A DNA stretch of 64,000 nucleotides, from positions 20,910 through 84,909 of the forward strand of contig JAADVB010000057.1 of assembly GCA_023334545.1 (NCBI GenBank), written 5' to 3'. The translations under genes were made by a program, and so were the position numbers. The notes under the pieces were generated by a model that saw only the letters and a list, made by a program, of their open reading frames with translations, did not search any database and had not been told where the DNA came from. Below, piece after piece: positions 47,990-60,460 of this stretch. Origin of the DNA: Salisapilia sapeloensis CBS 127946. Lineage: Eukaryota > Protista > Oomycota. Each line of letters begins with the position of its first letter. Positions within the stretch are counted from its first letter, which is position 1.

Positions 47990-48385
47990 CGTGATCGTGC
48001 ACACAAATAGCTCGCGATGGCAACCTGCTACATCTATAAATAAGCCTACGTCTGGAATAAATAGGTATGCAGAGCTGAAACCACCGAGATTCACCGTGAT
48101 GAAACACCCGACATCAGAATGTGCTTATACCAGTACCCATATCCAGAGATCTTTATATCTCTTTTAAATAACCTACTTCTTTTATATTTTCACTCAAAAT
48201 AATATATATAAATTTATGTAAAGCGTATCAAGTTTTCAAAATATGAGTTGAATTGAAAAGATCTGACCATGTACCACCTGATAACCTTGGGAATCGTTTC
48301 AAGGTCGAGAGCTTCATTTTCTATTCTGGCAGCCGTCCCAGCAAACCTCCCTCCACTCTACAACTACTAACGACCGTACGCAGTC

Positions 48386-50737
48386 ATGGCTGAAGAAGGC
48401 AGTGCTTCCCCGAACAAGCTTGCCCAGAAAATCGAGTCGGCCCAGAACACCGATGCCAAGATCGCAGGGTTCCCGGACTTCACGCCGGCGCACAAGTCGC
48501 TCATGGCAAAGCACCTCACGCGTGAAATCTATGCGCAGCTGAAAGACGAGAAGACTTCTACCGGATACACGCTCGACCGAGCGATCCAAACCGGAGTTGA
48601 TAACCCACACCTTGGTGTCGGTGTCACTGCCGGAGATGAAGAGTCGTACCACGTCTTCAAGCCACTCCTCGACCCAGTGATTGAAGGGTGGCATGGATAC
48701 GGTCCGGATGCGACACACAAGATGGATATGGACCCGACTCACGTCACGGACGCAAAGTTACCGGACGAGTACATCGTATCCACGCGTATCCGTGCCGGAC
48801 GCAATATCCGTGGGATGCCCCTTCCGCCGGCCACGTCCCGAGCTCATCGTCATGACGTGATGGCATTGCTTCAGGACGCTCTGTCGACCATGGACGGCGA
48901 CTTGAGTGGCAAGTTCTACAAACTGTCGGACATGACGTCGGAGGAAGAGCAGCAGTTGATCGACGACCACTTCCTCTTCCAAAAACCTGGAGGAGGCACC
49001 TTGCTCGAAGCTGCTGGGGCTGCTCGCGACTGGCCGAACAGCCGTGGTATCTTCCACAACAACGAAAAGAGTTTTCTCGTTTGGTGTAACGAGGAAGATC
49101 ATATGCGAGTGATCTCGATGGAAAACGGCGGAGACGTCGGTCGTGTCTTTGAGCGCTTCTGCCGTGCCATCAAGAGCGTGGAAGAAAGCATCAAAGCCAA
49201 AGGCAAGGAGTTCATGTACAACCCGCATCATGGCTTTATCGGTACTTGCCCGTCCAACCTCGGCACAGGACTTCGAGCTAGTGTCATGGTGAAACTCCCA
49301 AAGCTTAGCGAAAACCTAGAGCGCTTTGAGACGATCTGCAAGAACCTCCACTTGCAGCCTCGTGGCACTGCTGGTGAGCACTCTGCATCCGTCGGTGGTG
49401 TCTACGATGTGTCCAATAAGCAACGCATTGGCCACTCGGAAGCGGAGCTCGTTCAAACAATGATCAATGGCGTCAAGCTGCTCATTGACATGGAGAAGAA
49501 GCTTGAAGCTGGTGAAGACATTGAAGCGCTCATTCCCGCCGAGCCGTCTCCTGCAGTGGTGATCGAAGCTGGCGAGCAACCAGCGGCTGCATCGGACAGC
49601 TCAGTGGCTGTTCAACCGTCTAGTTCTGACAACTACCCTGTCTTCACGGCCGCCCACAAATCGCTTATGGCCAAGCATCTTACGAAAGAGATCTATGAAG
49701 CTCTTAAGGATGTCAAGTCCGACAAGGGCTTCACGCTGGACCAAGCGATTCAGACCGGTATTGACAATCCGCATCTTGGAGTGGGCATCGTTGCGGGAGA
49801 TGAAGACTGCTTCGCTTGCTTTAAGATGATCATGGATCCTGTCATTGAAGGTTGGCATGGATACAAGCCGGAAGACACGCACGGCACTGACATGGACGTT
49901 GCGAAGCTCACTGGCGCAGACAAGCTGGACTCGAACTACATCCAGTCCACTCGTGTTCGTGCTGGACGAAACATCCGCGGCTTTAGTCTCCCGCCTGGTA
50001 ACACTCGAGCGGAGCGTCTTGGAGTCGAAAATCTCTTATCCACCGCTCTATCGTCTCTCGAGAATGAGCTCAAGGGCAAGTATTACCCACTTAGCAACAT
50101 GACTCCGGAAGTAGAAGAGCAATTGCGTACGGATCACTTCCTCTTCCAGAAGCCTGGTGGTGGCACGTTGCTTATGGGTGCTGGCGCTGCTCGAGACTGG
50201 CCGAGTGGACGCGGCATCTACCACAACGACGAGAAGAGCTTCTTAGTGTGGTGCAACGAGGAAGATCACATGCGCGTCATCTCCATGCAGCAAGGCGGCG
50301 ACATTATCCAGGTGTTCAAGCGCTGGGTTGAAGGTGTCACGGCGGTTGAAGAGAGTATCAAGGCGTCTGGATACGGCTTTATGCACAACGATCACCTGGG
50401 ATTCCTCGGCACGTGCCCATCTAACCTCGGCACTGGCCTTCGTGCGAGTATGTTCGTCAAGCTCGAGAAGCTCGGTGCGGACCCGCATGCTTTGGAGGAA
50501 GTCTGTGCTCCATTGGGTCTGCAACCGAGAGGATCTGCTGGCGAACACTCGGCGGCTGTCGGCGGGATGTACGATATCTCCAATAAGGCGAGAATAGGCA
50601 AGTCGGAAGTGGAGCTCGTGCAGACTATGATCGATGGTGTGGGCAAGTTAATTGAATTGGAAAAGGAATTGGAAGGAGGCAAGAGCTATGCTGACGTGCT
50701 TGCCTCGGTTGGGGTGACGCAAAACAGTGCTCTTTAA
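48386..50737 (+). CDS. Two-domain (contiguous dimer) phosphagen kinase, oomycete taurocyamine/arginine kinase type
   Basis: Two tandem ATP:guanido phosphotransferase domains, each with NEEDHMRVISM and TCPSNLGTGLRAS. Confidence 0.93.
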   Translation: MAEEGSASPNKLAQKIESAQNTDAKIAGFPDFTPAHKSLMAKHLTREIYAQLKDEKTSTGYTLDRAIQTGVDNPHLGVGVTAGDEESYHVFKPLLDPVIEGWHGYGPDATHKMDMDPTHVTDAKLPDEYIVSTRIRAGRNIRGMPLPPATSRAHRHDVMALLQDALSTMDGDLSGKFYKLSDMTSEEEQQLIDDHFLFQKPGGGTLLEAAGAARDWPNSRGIFHNNEKSFLVWCNEEDHMRVISMENGGDVGRVFERFCRAIKSVEESIKAKGKEFMYNPHHGFIGTCPSNLGTGLRASVMVKLPKLSENLERFETICKNLHLQPRGTAGEHSASVGGVYDVSNKQRIGHSEAELVQTMINGVKLLIDMEKKLEAGEDIEALIPAEPSPAVVIEAGEQPAAASDSSVAVQPSSSDNYPVFTAAHKSLMAKHLTKEIYEALKDVKSDKGFTLDQAIQTGIDNPHLGVGIVAGDEDCFACFKMIMDPVIEGWHGYKPEDTHGTDMDVAKLTGADKLDSNYIQSTRVRAGRNIRGFSLPPGNTRAERLGVENLLSTALSSLENELKGKYYPLSNMTPEVEEQLRTDHFLFQKPGGGTLLMGAGAARDWPSGRGIYHNDEKSFLVWCNEEDHMRVISMQQGGDIIQVFKRWVEGVTAVEESIKASGYGFMHNDHLGFLGTCPSNLGTGLRASMFVKLEKLGADPHALEEVCAPLGLQPRGSAGEHSAAVGGMYDISNKARIGKSEVELVQTMIDGVGKLIELEKELEGGKSYADVLASVGVTQNSAL

Positions 50738-51865
50738 GACGCCCAGGAAGCAATTTGAAGACTTTAATCGAAATGAACACGAAGGTTTAGTTTCTTAAGC
50801 CACAGTTTATATGCGTTGAACGGCCACTAGATCACCGTAGCTACTAGAATATGACATGAATGCGGAGACGCTGAGCTCGTACAATAGTGAAGACAAGCTC
50901 ACGATGGTCTTGTCAAGTCTTTGACTAATGTACTACCACATGTACAGCTTCTCATAGTGTATCGAATGAAGAACGATTGCAAGCTTCTACTGCAAACGAT
51001 ATGAACTGTTGCCTCATTGTTTTAATCTCCCATGACATTTGCTTAGGGACCATACCTGTCGGAGAGGCACATATATAGCAATCAGTTACAGGTTAATCAA
51101 TTTTAAGGAATAAGCCTTTGCAGGTACCATTGATACATCAAGTGCGGAATTTTGAGATTGTCCGGCTCGATAGTTAGTAGTTTTCTTACTTGTTATCTAT
51201 GCTTCGTGGTAACCTAGTTTTGTTGGTGCAAGGGGTCTCTAGTAGACCTACCGTAGTTTCACTAAATTTCCACTTGCCACATTGGAATATATATCGAATG
51301 GTAATTGGTAACAAATTGAAGACTGCGCTCGATGACTCCAGCATTCTGACCTTCCATATACCGGCCTCCATGATGCCAAACATGAATGAGCTAATTCTTG
51401 TATGGATGATTCACCCTCCATGACGAGCAACAATCAATCATCTACTCCTATATTGGATATTCAGCAGGATAAAGACGAAGACGCAAAGCATTTGGATACC
51501 TCCAAAAAGTATGCGATAGTTGAAAACCCACCTATTTGTCGAATAAGAATTTTGTTCCTACCATTTTTCTTCGATGAGAATGAGAGCGCCATATCCGGCT
51601 TCGAGATATCTATAAAATTGGTTAGCTATAGAGATTATTTTAGAAGGATACGATAAAGCTAGGCGTACGTATAACTTAAGGACTCTCTTGCTTAGGTATT
51701 ACTTGCACTGTTTCTGTAATTGTGTGTACATGCCAGACCAAAGTTCTTTATTTGACTGACTTCAGATACTTGAGCTAGTGGGCAAAGCTAGATTGTACGA
51801 CATAAATATGAAAAGATGGATCATTTCAATAATTTCATACCAAGGTTTGAACCAACACCATAGCG

Positions 51866-54316
51866 ATGGTAACCCCGGGACTTTTGCTTTTGCCTATTGT
51901 GCTGATAGGTCTTTCGACTGGATTGGCTCAGAAAGAATGCAATATCCGTACAAATATTCTCATGTCGAATTGCAACGACGAGTGCAAATTCACATGTGTT
52001 ATCTACCAGTTCGACCACAAATTAAATCCGTGTGAAAGCTCCGATGAAAACTGCAACGAAGGAGACGAGAAGTCTGGGTGCCAATACCAATGCGAGGATC
52101 CGTTCAATAGAACTGATACTGAAGGTGATGGCGAAGAGTAAAAGCTGTTTGAAACCACCGATGACTTCAGTGAGCATACAAAGGAAGAATTTTAAATGGA
52201 CGTGCCATACTTAAACCAGATAGATTTGGTATTTTCGGACGACGTGATCAATTGGTATGTCTTAGCTTCCGTCCAAACGCTTATTTCAAATGAAACTTCA
52301 TTCATGGGGCAGTGATATGATATTTACATCTACTATTTATAGGAAACTTCGTGGTGTTTCTAGGGACGGTAATACCTTAGATGTTGACTTAGCGGACGAT
52401 ATATTGAAGCTGCTTTCAGCCTTCGACGGATCTCAGTTTTAAGGATAAAATTTGATACTGACTACTCGTTTCGACAGGTTCTCAAAGACATCTTGTCGCT
52501 CCCATTGATGAATTACGGTATCGATCGGATGCCAATAACCTTGTGGAACTATTGAAGTTTAAAATCACCTGTGCGTAGTCTATATCTCTACCTACTCTTA
52601 TAGTACAGCTGCTTAAGGGTCTTACATGCTTACCAATTGCCTAGCTTGATGGACCACAATTTCATTCAAGAACTACCGCGTCTCTTCGATTTTTATCTCT
52701 GAAGACCTTGTACGCACTCTATCACATTTACTTTTATATTTATATGTAATTAATTATTTAAATATCTTATGGATATTTCATACAATGAACTGAGGGAATT
52801 TGAGAACGGTGGCTCATATCTCGAGATCTTGTAGGCTTTAAGCTGCGAATCGCTGTATAGAAAAATGAATCTTCATTGACTTTGCTTGCTAGAAACTTGA
52901 GTCACAACAGACTTGAGTCGATACCATCAACTTTGATCGATATGCGCTACTTGGAAGAATTGTAAGACTCCAGCTCTATCATCTGTTGTTTGTACCTTAC
53001 GCATGCAAAATCAATTAACTTATATTTGGTCAGGTATCTCGATCGCAATCCTTTTTAAAAAAATAGCATCGACTTAGACACTATGATGGTACTAAACTAG
53101 TCACTCAAGGGAGAAAATGCTTGGAGTTGCCAACTCCCAAAATCCTGCTTTCAAAGTGGACCCAATCTTGTCCTTGATGGAGCTCTCATTGAATGTGTTG
53201 ATGTTGAAGACATAGACTATCTTTGAACTCTGACTATGGGAGTCATGGATCTTCAGAATATCCCCTTTACGGCCGTATGGATAGAGCCATAGATCCTAGA
53301 GGTCTAGTGAAGTTTCTTCTAATGCTGGTGTTCATCATCTTTTCGAACATCATCAGTGTAGTGATCATCACCTACATCTTGTACCGATGTTTGAAAAGAA
53401 TAATAATAATAAAGCCGACATGCCGGTTGATCCAGATCCTTCATAAAGCCATTATGAATAGCCTACCTCGCTAGGCGACTCACCAACGACACCAACAAAT
53501 CCAAGTCAAGGAATAATGGGAGCGATGTGGAGCGATAAAGTATTGCGAATGCACGAGCTAAACCGTTGTCAGATCCGTGATAAAAGAAGCGTGGGTAGCA
53601 GTACCTTCGGTGAAGTTTGGCTCGTTGAATATTGCAGAGAAGATTATGCGTCCAAGCGCTTGCACAACAGCAAAGTAGACAACAAGTCTGTTAAAACTTT
53701 ATCCCCGCAATGAAACTCGTCGCGACATTAAGCTATCCGAATATTTTTACGTTCATTGGAGCAACTTTTACAAAAAGAGCGGATTATCAAGCTCTTTTCG
53801 AGTACATGGAAAGGGGAGACCTTTGGTCATATTGACGAATCCAAGAGTTGATCGTCAACGGAACGAAGAGAAGATGCAAATTGCAATCGATGTTGCGGAT
53901 GCATTAGTTTACATGCACTCCTTTTGGCCACAGACGATACATCGGGATCTCAAATCGCGCAATTTCCTTCTGTCGGAAGATATGTTTGCTAGGATCGGGG
54001 CTTTGGAACAGCAAAGTCATTGAGGGTAAACCGAACTTCGGCGAAGAAAGGTGTGGGCACCATCCAATGGATCGCCCCTGAAATCCTGCGTGAAGAAAAC
54101 CAGTACGACGAAAGCAGCGACATCTACTCGTTTGGCGCCATCTTCATCGAGCTGGGTACACACTTGCTTCCGTATGAACAGTCTACCATCTATTCGGAGC
54201 GTCGGGCGCATGCACCTCGATATGAACCCATCGAAGCGACTGACAGCAGCGCACATCCACTACACAATGAAACGTATACTCTAAAGCGGAATGTGGATGG
54301 ACCCATTTTTGCTTGA
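51866..54316 (+). pseudogene. Decayed multi-intron LRR receptor-like kinase
   Basis: Signal peptide and Cys-rich N-terminus, in-frame TAA at 52139 and 52193, LRR exons (NLSHNRLESIP; MDHNFIQELP) and TM at about 53310-53390. Kinase is broken by frameshifts near 53705, 53825 and 54020 (GSSTFGEVW, HRDLKSRN, WIAPE, SDIYSFG); DFG is lost. Confidence 0.85.
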
Positions 54317-55680
54317 GGAGTCATTGGGAGTGCCATCAAGAGGAACCGAATCGACATTAGGCTGACAAGTTTGATAATATGTGAAGTTACAGCTTTCAAA
54401 CAAATGAGGACAACGAAATACACAAACTTCTTTTAGTTGCGATGGTAATTTGGTTAGAACCAGTTGAGAAGGTCACATGATGGTGCAATGATTACTTTGT
54501 AGGGGGAGATTGAGGCAATTCTGAGCATCGGGTGATGAAAGGAAGTATGTCTTTAAAGGACTTCGCATCCACCTATGACTATGGCAAATCGAGCAGAATA
54601 ATGGACCTTGTTGGGATGGAGCTTCAAGTGTGTTTGAAATTCGAGTATGAGAATAGAGGTACCGAGAAGAAAATGTAAGAAATCTCAAAGCACAACAGAG
54701 CATTTAAGCTTATTCGTAGTTTACATGCAAGACAGACAAACTGATTAAAATCAATTTTGAACTTAGTGCATTTTCATAGAAAAGATCTATCGCCTACCAG
54801 CAGCTTGGAAGCGATGAAAATCTATATTGCCTATTGACCAAATAGAGACTCAACGCACATCATATAATATACGGTCTGGAAAGCTTATTTGTTGAAGCAA
54901 TTGACCTCAAGTAGAGTTACCATTTTTTCTAGAAGTACAGCCTTAGCATAGCTGCAAGTACACGGAGTATTGAATACACCCAGGCTAAGGATTTCTTTAC
55001 CCGGTGCTCGTATTCTTCTTCTTCTTCTATCCTATCCTGATTTTTGGTGACGTCAGGAACGAATGATCGCTATCCTGTCTGAATGAAAGATACTCTTTGA
55101 GGAAAGGTAGCGGTCCACCCATAATAAAGGGCGCATAAATACATCACTTGCTTAAGCTACTTGTGAAGGCGATATTGACGCCATGTATCAGGCATACACA
55201 AAAAACTAAATGTGAAACCTGACGCTGTGGTACTAGAAGGCTTGGCCTACAGCTGAACTTGTAGCACCGAAATCGTGCAGGATGATAGTAAGCTATGACA
55301 TCGACCGATAGAGCACATACCGTGCATTCCATCGACGCATGAAACCTTTTGAGATCTCGAGGTCGGAAGAGGGGTCATCTGCGCTTCGTGATGCCACGGC
55401 TGTTTGAAGCTACTGACACGTATGCATAGTCTCAGCGTGGAAATCTGCGCAAGCAAAGGATGCGTGGGTTCAGATGAAACGTAGATACACCGAAAACTCA
55501 AAGTTTGTATAAGAACGATCATTGGCGTGCGGCAACTCAGGCGCATTGCGCGACGTGACCACTGGCGTATGTGCATTGCTCCTTCCAGTCTTCTACTTCT
55601 CAGAGATTGTTCAGCTTCAGTTTCGACTAGTCTACGATCTGTAACTCCTTTTGACGGCTATTCATCATAATTTAATCTCC

Positions 55681-56490
55681 ATGGCTTCTGTCGGTGATAT
55701 CTTCATCGAGATACTCAAATGGGCTGCTACTTTCATTTCCTGCGTGCTATTCTGTAGCCTCGTGCCAGAATCTCGTCGTGCATTCAAAGAAAAGTCCACT
55801 GCACACTACCAACTCTTGCCGATTTTGTCCTTGTTTGCCAATTGCGTCGGCTGGACGACGTATGGGCTACTAGTGGGCGAAGTCTTCCCCGTCGCGGTTA
55901 CCAACATGATCGGGACAGCTTCTTCAGTTATCTACTTTAGCATCTTCTTCTACTTTTCATCGATGCCAAGATCGAAGGTCCTTCTCCAGACTGCTGCCGT
56001 GGTATGTGTGCTACTTGTATTCGTCCTCTACGCTACCCTTGCTCCTTATCCAAACGAGCAAATTGGAGGACAGCTCGGCTACGTCGCCATCCTCTTCGGA
56101 GCAATTCTCTTTGGCTCCCCTCTCGCCATTGTCCGCGATGTTGTAAAGACGAAGAACTCAATTCTCATTCCAATCACTATGGTGTGCGTTGGGATCACTA
56201 ATAGCGTTCTATGGACCACATACGGTGTCGTCATTATGGACCCGTTCGTGATCGTTCCCAACTCGATCAATCTAGCATTCGGGCTATCGGAGCTTGCGCT
56301 TATTTGCATCTACCCAAGGAAGGAAATCTCTTTTGAAGAGAATACAGACGTTGAGCATGGCGTCGACGTTTCTGACGCCAAAAGTGCGGTTAGTGGCAAA
56401 GACTATTCCGAAATGCAAAGCCCGAAATTGCATCCACCAAAGCAGAGGCAATTGGAACACGGCGGAAGCATGTCTGTCTCCGCTGCTTGA
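55681..56490 (+). CDS. SWEET/MtN3 sugar transporter
   Basis: Seven hydrophobic segments and two MtN3 repeats (KEKSTAHYQLLP...W..YG; SPLAIVRDVVKTKNS...LW..YG..DPFV.VPN). Confidence 0.92.
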   Translation: MASVGDIFIEILKWAATFISCVLFCSLVPESRRAFKEKSTAHYQLLPILSLFANCVGWTTYGLLVGEVFPVAVTNMIGTASSVIYFSIFFYFSSMPRSKVLLQTAAVVCVLLVFVLYATLAPYPNEQIGGQLGYVAILFGAILFGSPLAIVRDVVKTKNSILIPITMVCVGITNSVLWTTYGVVIMDPFVIVPNSINLAFGLSELALICIYPRKEISFEENTDVEHGVDVSDAKSAVSGKDYSEMQSPKLHPPKQRQLEHGGSMSVSAA

Positions 56491-57157
56491 CGTAGACTTA
56501 CGAAGCTCTCAAAATTCTACCAAATGCGGTCGAGTATGCAACGCTAGTATCCAAGTACGGTTATTTCGTTATTGTCATCGATTTTAAATGATTTTTAGCT
56601 TACAACCACTTGGGCATACCACTTTCAATCAAAACATTTATACTTTTCAATGTACCGCTTCCATTTTTGTTCGACCGAATCCTGGAATCGTTGTATTGCA
56701 CTATCCTAGCGTTTCACATAGTAAATCTCTATCAAGCGGGCCATATTTGCTATGACGAAGCATTTAATCTAGACAAACCAACGACGGCATCACACATACA
56801 GCTTATCAAATAAATATTATGAACGATAAAGTAAATAAATATTTAACAGATTTCATTGACAAACTTTTATTCTACCTAGCTATTCCAGTCTTCAACACAT
56901 CCATCTACTCATGCCAAGCAGATACACATGGACGCAAAAAAAGATATAAACATCCATAACGTTTAGTTATTCGCGTATTCGTTTTCCTAAAGTTATCATA
57001 TACTTTCCCTATACTCCACAAGATACAGATGCCATACGTGTAGAAAACTGACACAAAAGACCATTAAACTAGACAGAAGATGAACAGTTTATATCATGTC
57101 TAATTAACATGTCGAGAAAGTAGTGTGAGAATAAAAAACGGCAGGAACCAGCTAGAT

Positions 57158-58156
57158 CTATTCGCTTTTATCCTCTTTCAGCTTGCCCTTAACACGAACC
57201 TTTTCTTGTTCAATCTCGTTCAGCAACTGATCAGCCATGGTCTTGTCCATCTGATCTTTTTTCCCTTTAATCTCAGCCTCCACTTCACGTAGCGAAATCA
57301 ACCGTTCCTTCAAATCTTCTGATGACAAAGGACCAGGTTGCTGTTGCGCAGGTGCCTCCTTTTCTTCCAACACACCGCTCTCCATCACGTATACATGTGC
57401 GCTTGGCTTACCAGATCGACGTCCACAAGACGAAACTACATCCACCACATCCATACCTTCCAACACATGACCGAACACAACATGTCGTCCATCCAGCCAC
57501 GGCGTCTCACCCGTGCAAATAAAAAACTGGCTTCCGTTCGTGTTCGGACCAGCGTTCGCCATACTTAATGTCCCAGGCCCTTGGTGTGGAATGGTCAGGT
57601 CTTCATCTTCAAAGCGCTGGCCGTAGATCGACTCTCCACCTCGTCCGTTGCCATGGGTGAAATCACCTCCTTGGATCATGAAGCCTGGAATAATGCGGTG
57701 GAACGGAGCATTCTTATAGCAAAGCTCTTTGCCCATTTTGCCTTCTCCCATCTCACCAGTACACAGCTTCTTAAAGTTGTCTACTGTCTTAGGCTGAGCA
57801 TCGCCGTACAATCCAAGGACGATCCTGCCAACGTAATCGTCGTTGATACCAATGTCAAAGTAGGCCTTATCCGTCACAAACAAGTCTGCCTTTTGTGCAA
57901 ACTTGTCCCCTTCTTTTTCGGCACCGAAGTATTTACGGAATGTGGCTTCTAGAGACGGAAACGGGCCAAAGTACTGGCCTAAAGCATAACCGCCAACGAA
58001 AAACACACCGACACCGATGAACAAAGGAGCTTTGGAGTGCGAATCGGGGTTCGGACTGGAAGGTTTCTGACCGCTGACGTTGAGAGACGTGCGAGTGCCG
58101 TGATACGGTCGACAGAACAGTCGTGAACGAGCTGCGAAGCGAGAGATCGGAAGCAT
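57158..58156 (-). CDS. Cyclophilin-type PPIase with mitochondrial-type presequence and TM segment
   Basis: [32 protein letters not shown] and [10 protein letters not shown] are intact. Arg-rich N-terminus, [17 protein letters not shown] and C-terminal coiled coil. Confidence 0.92.
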   Translation of the reverse strand: MLPISRFAARSRLFCRPYHGTRTSLNVSGQKPSSPNPDSHSKAPLFIGVGVFFVGGYALGQYFGPFPSLEATFRKYFGAEKEGDKFAQKADLFVTDKAYFDIGINDDYVGRIVLGLYGDAQPKTVDNFKKLCTGEMGEGKMGKELCYKNAPFHRIIPGFMIQGGDFTHGNGRGGESIYGQRFEDEDLTIPHQGPGTLSMANAGPNTNGSQFFICTGETPWLDGRHVVFGHVLEGMDVVDVVSSCGRRSGKPSAHVYVMESGVLEEKEAPAQQQPGPLSSEDLKERLISLREVEAEIKGKKDQMDKTMADQLLNEIEQEKVRVKGKLKEDKSE

Positions 58157-58325
58157 TTCAGACTTTGATTAGTTGTTGTCACCACACGCTGTGCAATGCA
58201 TATATAAAGGTATTTTGGTATATTTAGAAACATATTTTACAGGTACACAGTCTAGAAATATCATCTTGAGCTCTTTGTATATGCACAAGATAGGAATCAC
58301 AGCGGATGGGTTCATAGAATACATT

Positions 58326-58838
58326 TCATTGATGCAGATACTTTGGAAGAGAAGAGTGCAATTGCTTTGATGGGCACTCTGACAATAAAAGTTGTTTGTC
58401 TTGCTCCTGCTGACGAATGTTTTCTTGTTCACATTCCAGTGGTAACCTTGCAAAGAGTTTTGCCGCTTCACTTCGTTGCTTTAGAAACCCACGCAAGCTC
58501 GTCGCCTTTGTATTTATATCTTCATTCTCGCTACCACTATCCCCGGTGGAAGTAACGTCTGGATTGCAACAACGAGCCGCTCGAATGGCTTGAAGTCGGG
58601 CTTCTCGATAAGGCCATTGGAAGCCCTCTCGTTTGCAGTTGCGCTTCAAGGTGATAGCCGAAATACCCAAACGGTCCGCTGCGACGCGTTGTGGCAAGTG
58701 GAAATACTTTGATAGTTCAGCCTTTGAAAAGTTATAGATGCGACGACTCTTCCGTTTGCGAGGTTGATCTCTCGTCACGGTCTTTGCTTGCTTCATGATC
58801 GTCTTCGCCTGTTGAGTGCACAATCTAATCGAAGGCAT
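58326..58838 (-). CDS. RWP-RK domain transcription factor
   Basis: SKAELSKYFHLPQRVAADRLGISAITLKRNCKREGFQWPYRE matches the RWP-RK domain. Confidence 0.85.
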   Translation of the reverse strand: MPSIRLCTQQAKTIMKQAKTVTRDQPRKRKSRRIYNFSKAELSKYFHLPQRVAADRLGISAITLKRNCKREGFQWPYREARLQAIRAARCCNPDVTSTGDSGSENEDINTKATSLRGFLKQRSEAAKLFARLPLECEQENIRQQEQDKQLLLSECPSKQLHSSLPKYLHQ

Positions 58839-60460
58839 CTTACACGCTTCTTTCTTATCACGTTCTCGGTTAATTCACTTGTGACGTAGCTTTGAAAGTC
58901 ACTACTTGGAGAGTTCACAGCACGTAGACCTGAGTTCGCCCGGCTTTTTCCTCGCCACTAATCCATCAACGAGAGATGTGGGGAGCTTACCGTTAGATCT
59001 TTCAAAGGAGCTCCATACAATGATACTAACGAACTCACCATGGGATCACTTACAAAATCCAATGCTTACTCTAATGCGGCTAAACGACAAAGCATCCCAT
59101 TACAACCCACGTTAGTGGCTAGACTTGGGAGCATTGGGCAGGTAATTGAAGGCTTCTTTATTATAAAGGAATTAAAGCTATACCAACGTTGGATGCTCTA
59201 TGTCCAGTAGACGTCGAACGAAGTTTCTGTGTGAGCTCAAATCAGCGAGCTTGGATACGCACATAGAGCAAGGTAGTGACTACTCTGCGACGATGCATGT
59301 TAGATACTTTATTAGATATGAAATCACACTCTGACGCCATTACTTGATCTTTTCTTACCAGTATCAGGGTACATTCAGACGAGGCTTACTTTTGCTACCT
59401 CAAGAATCATCTAAATCACTGGTGGATGACAATGGTCGTGCCATCAATTACCTAAGCTTTCCAGAAACGGCATCAATGAGCATACATGGATATTTGTTTG
59501 CCTTATGGAGTATGATTTTAATGCTCTTTCGTCACATTAAAGTAGTTGTTACCGACATGGATACTGAGAACGTTAGAAGACTTAAAGTGATCGCAACGAC
59601 CTCATAGGAACGTAGAAACATCCAAATTACTTTCGAGCCGTCCATAGAGCAAGGCGTTGTAGCACATGGGTTGTTCAGCTGAACTTTAAACTCAACACAA
59701 GCCCAGTGTCTCTTTGCATGATCACATACCAACACTAAATTCTGCCGTCTCCATCTCACTGGCGAAACCAGTCACAGGAATCGGTCGCAAACTTCAACTT
59801 TGCCGTCGAAAGAAAGCGATACTCTCTCTTATGGCGTTACAGAGCAACTCGAATCATCGACAACGCAGCTTTCAACCTAGGTCGAACCGAGAATAGCGTC
59901 TGCCAGCATCAGCTGTGATGATAAGAAAGATCGACCAGTATTAGGGCGCTGAACAGAAGATGGGGTATTTTGGCTCGAATGCAGCTTCTTTCCAAATGAT
60001 TAGTATGAAATTCGTATGTTTAAATGATGCAAACGGCATCAAGGCGCTCGAATGGCTCTTCATCATAGCTATGCATATTCGGATAAGGCAACATAAACAA
60101 ATGAAAGAAGCTTGTACGAGCCGTAGTTACCGCTAGTCAATTTGCGTAGTAGCAGCGAAAATTTCGTTACTGGTAACGCACCACCCACCTCAACTCAAAT
60201 GCAAGTACAAATCGCGATACATTCTTTCAAAGCAAACATGATAGAGAGCTTCAGGCCTCGTATACTCGCTAGGAACGGCAGGATTTATAGCCAGATAAAG
60301 AAAAACGAACAGTGCACTTTGTTCCTTCGAATCGTTAGTGCCAACTCGTTTTCCTCCTGGACTCGTCTCAAGTTCCACCTGACAACATGGATACATTCGT
60401 CTCCATACTCATATCAAGATATTCCGCGTCAACTCATAGCACACGCTTCCACCTAACAGC

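Noticed and set aside
52139-52195. Two in-frame TAA codons as possible stop-codon recoding
   Set aside because: The same locus also has frameshifts and a lost DFG, and intact genes in the window end normally in TAA. Decay is the simpler explanation.
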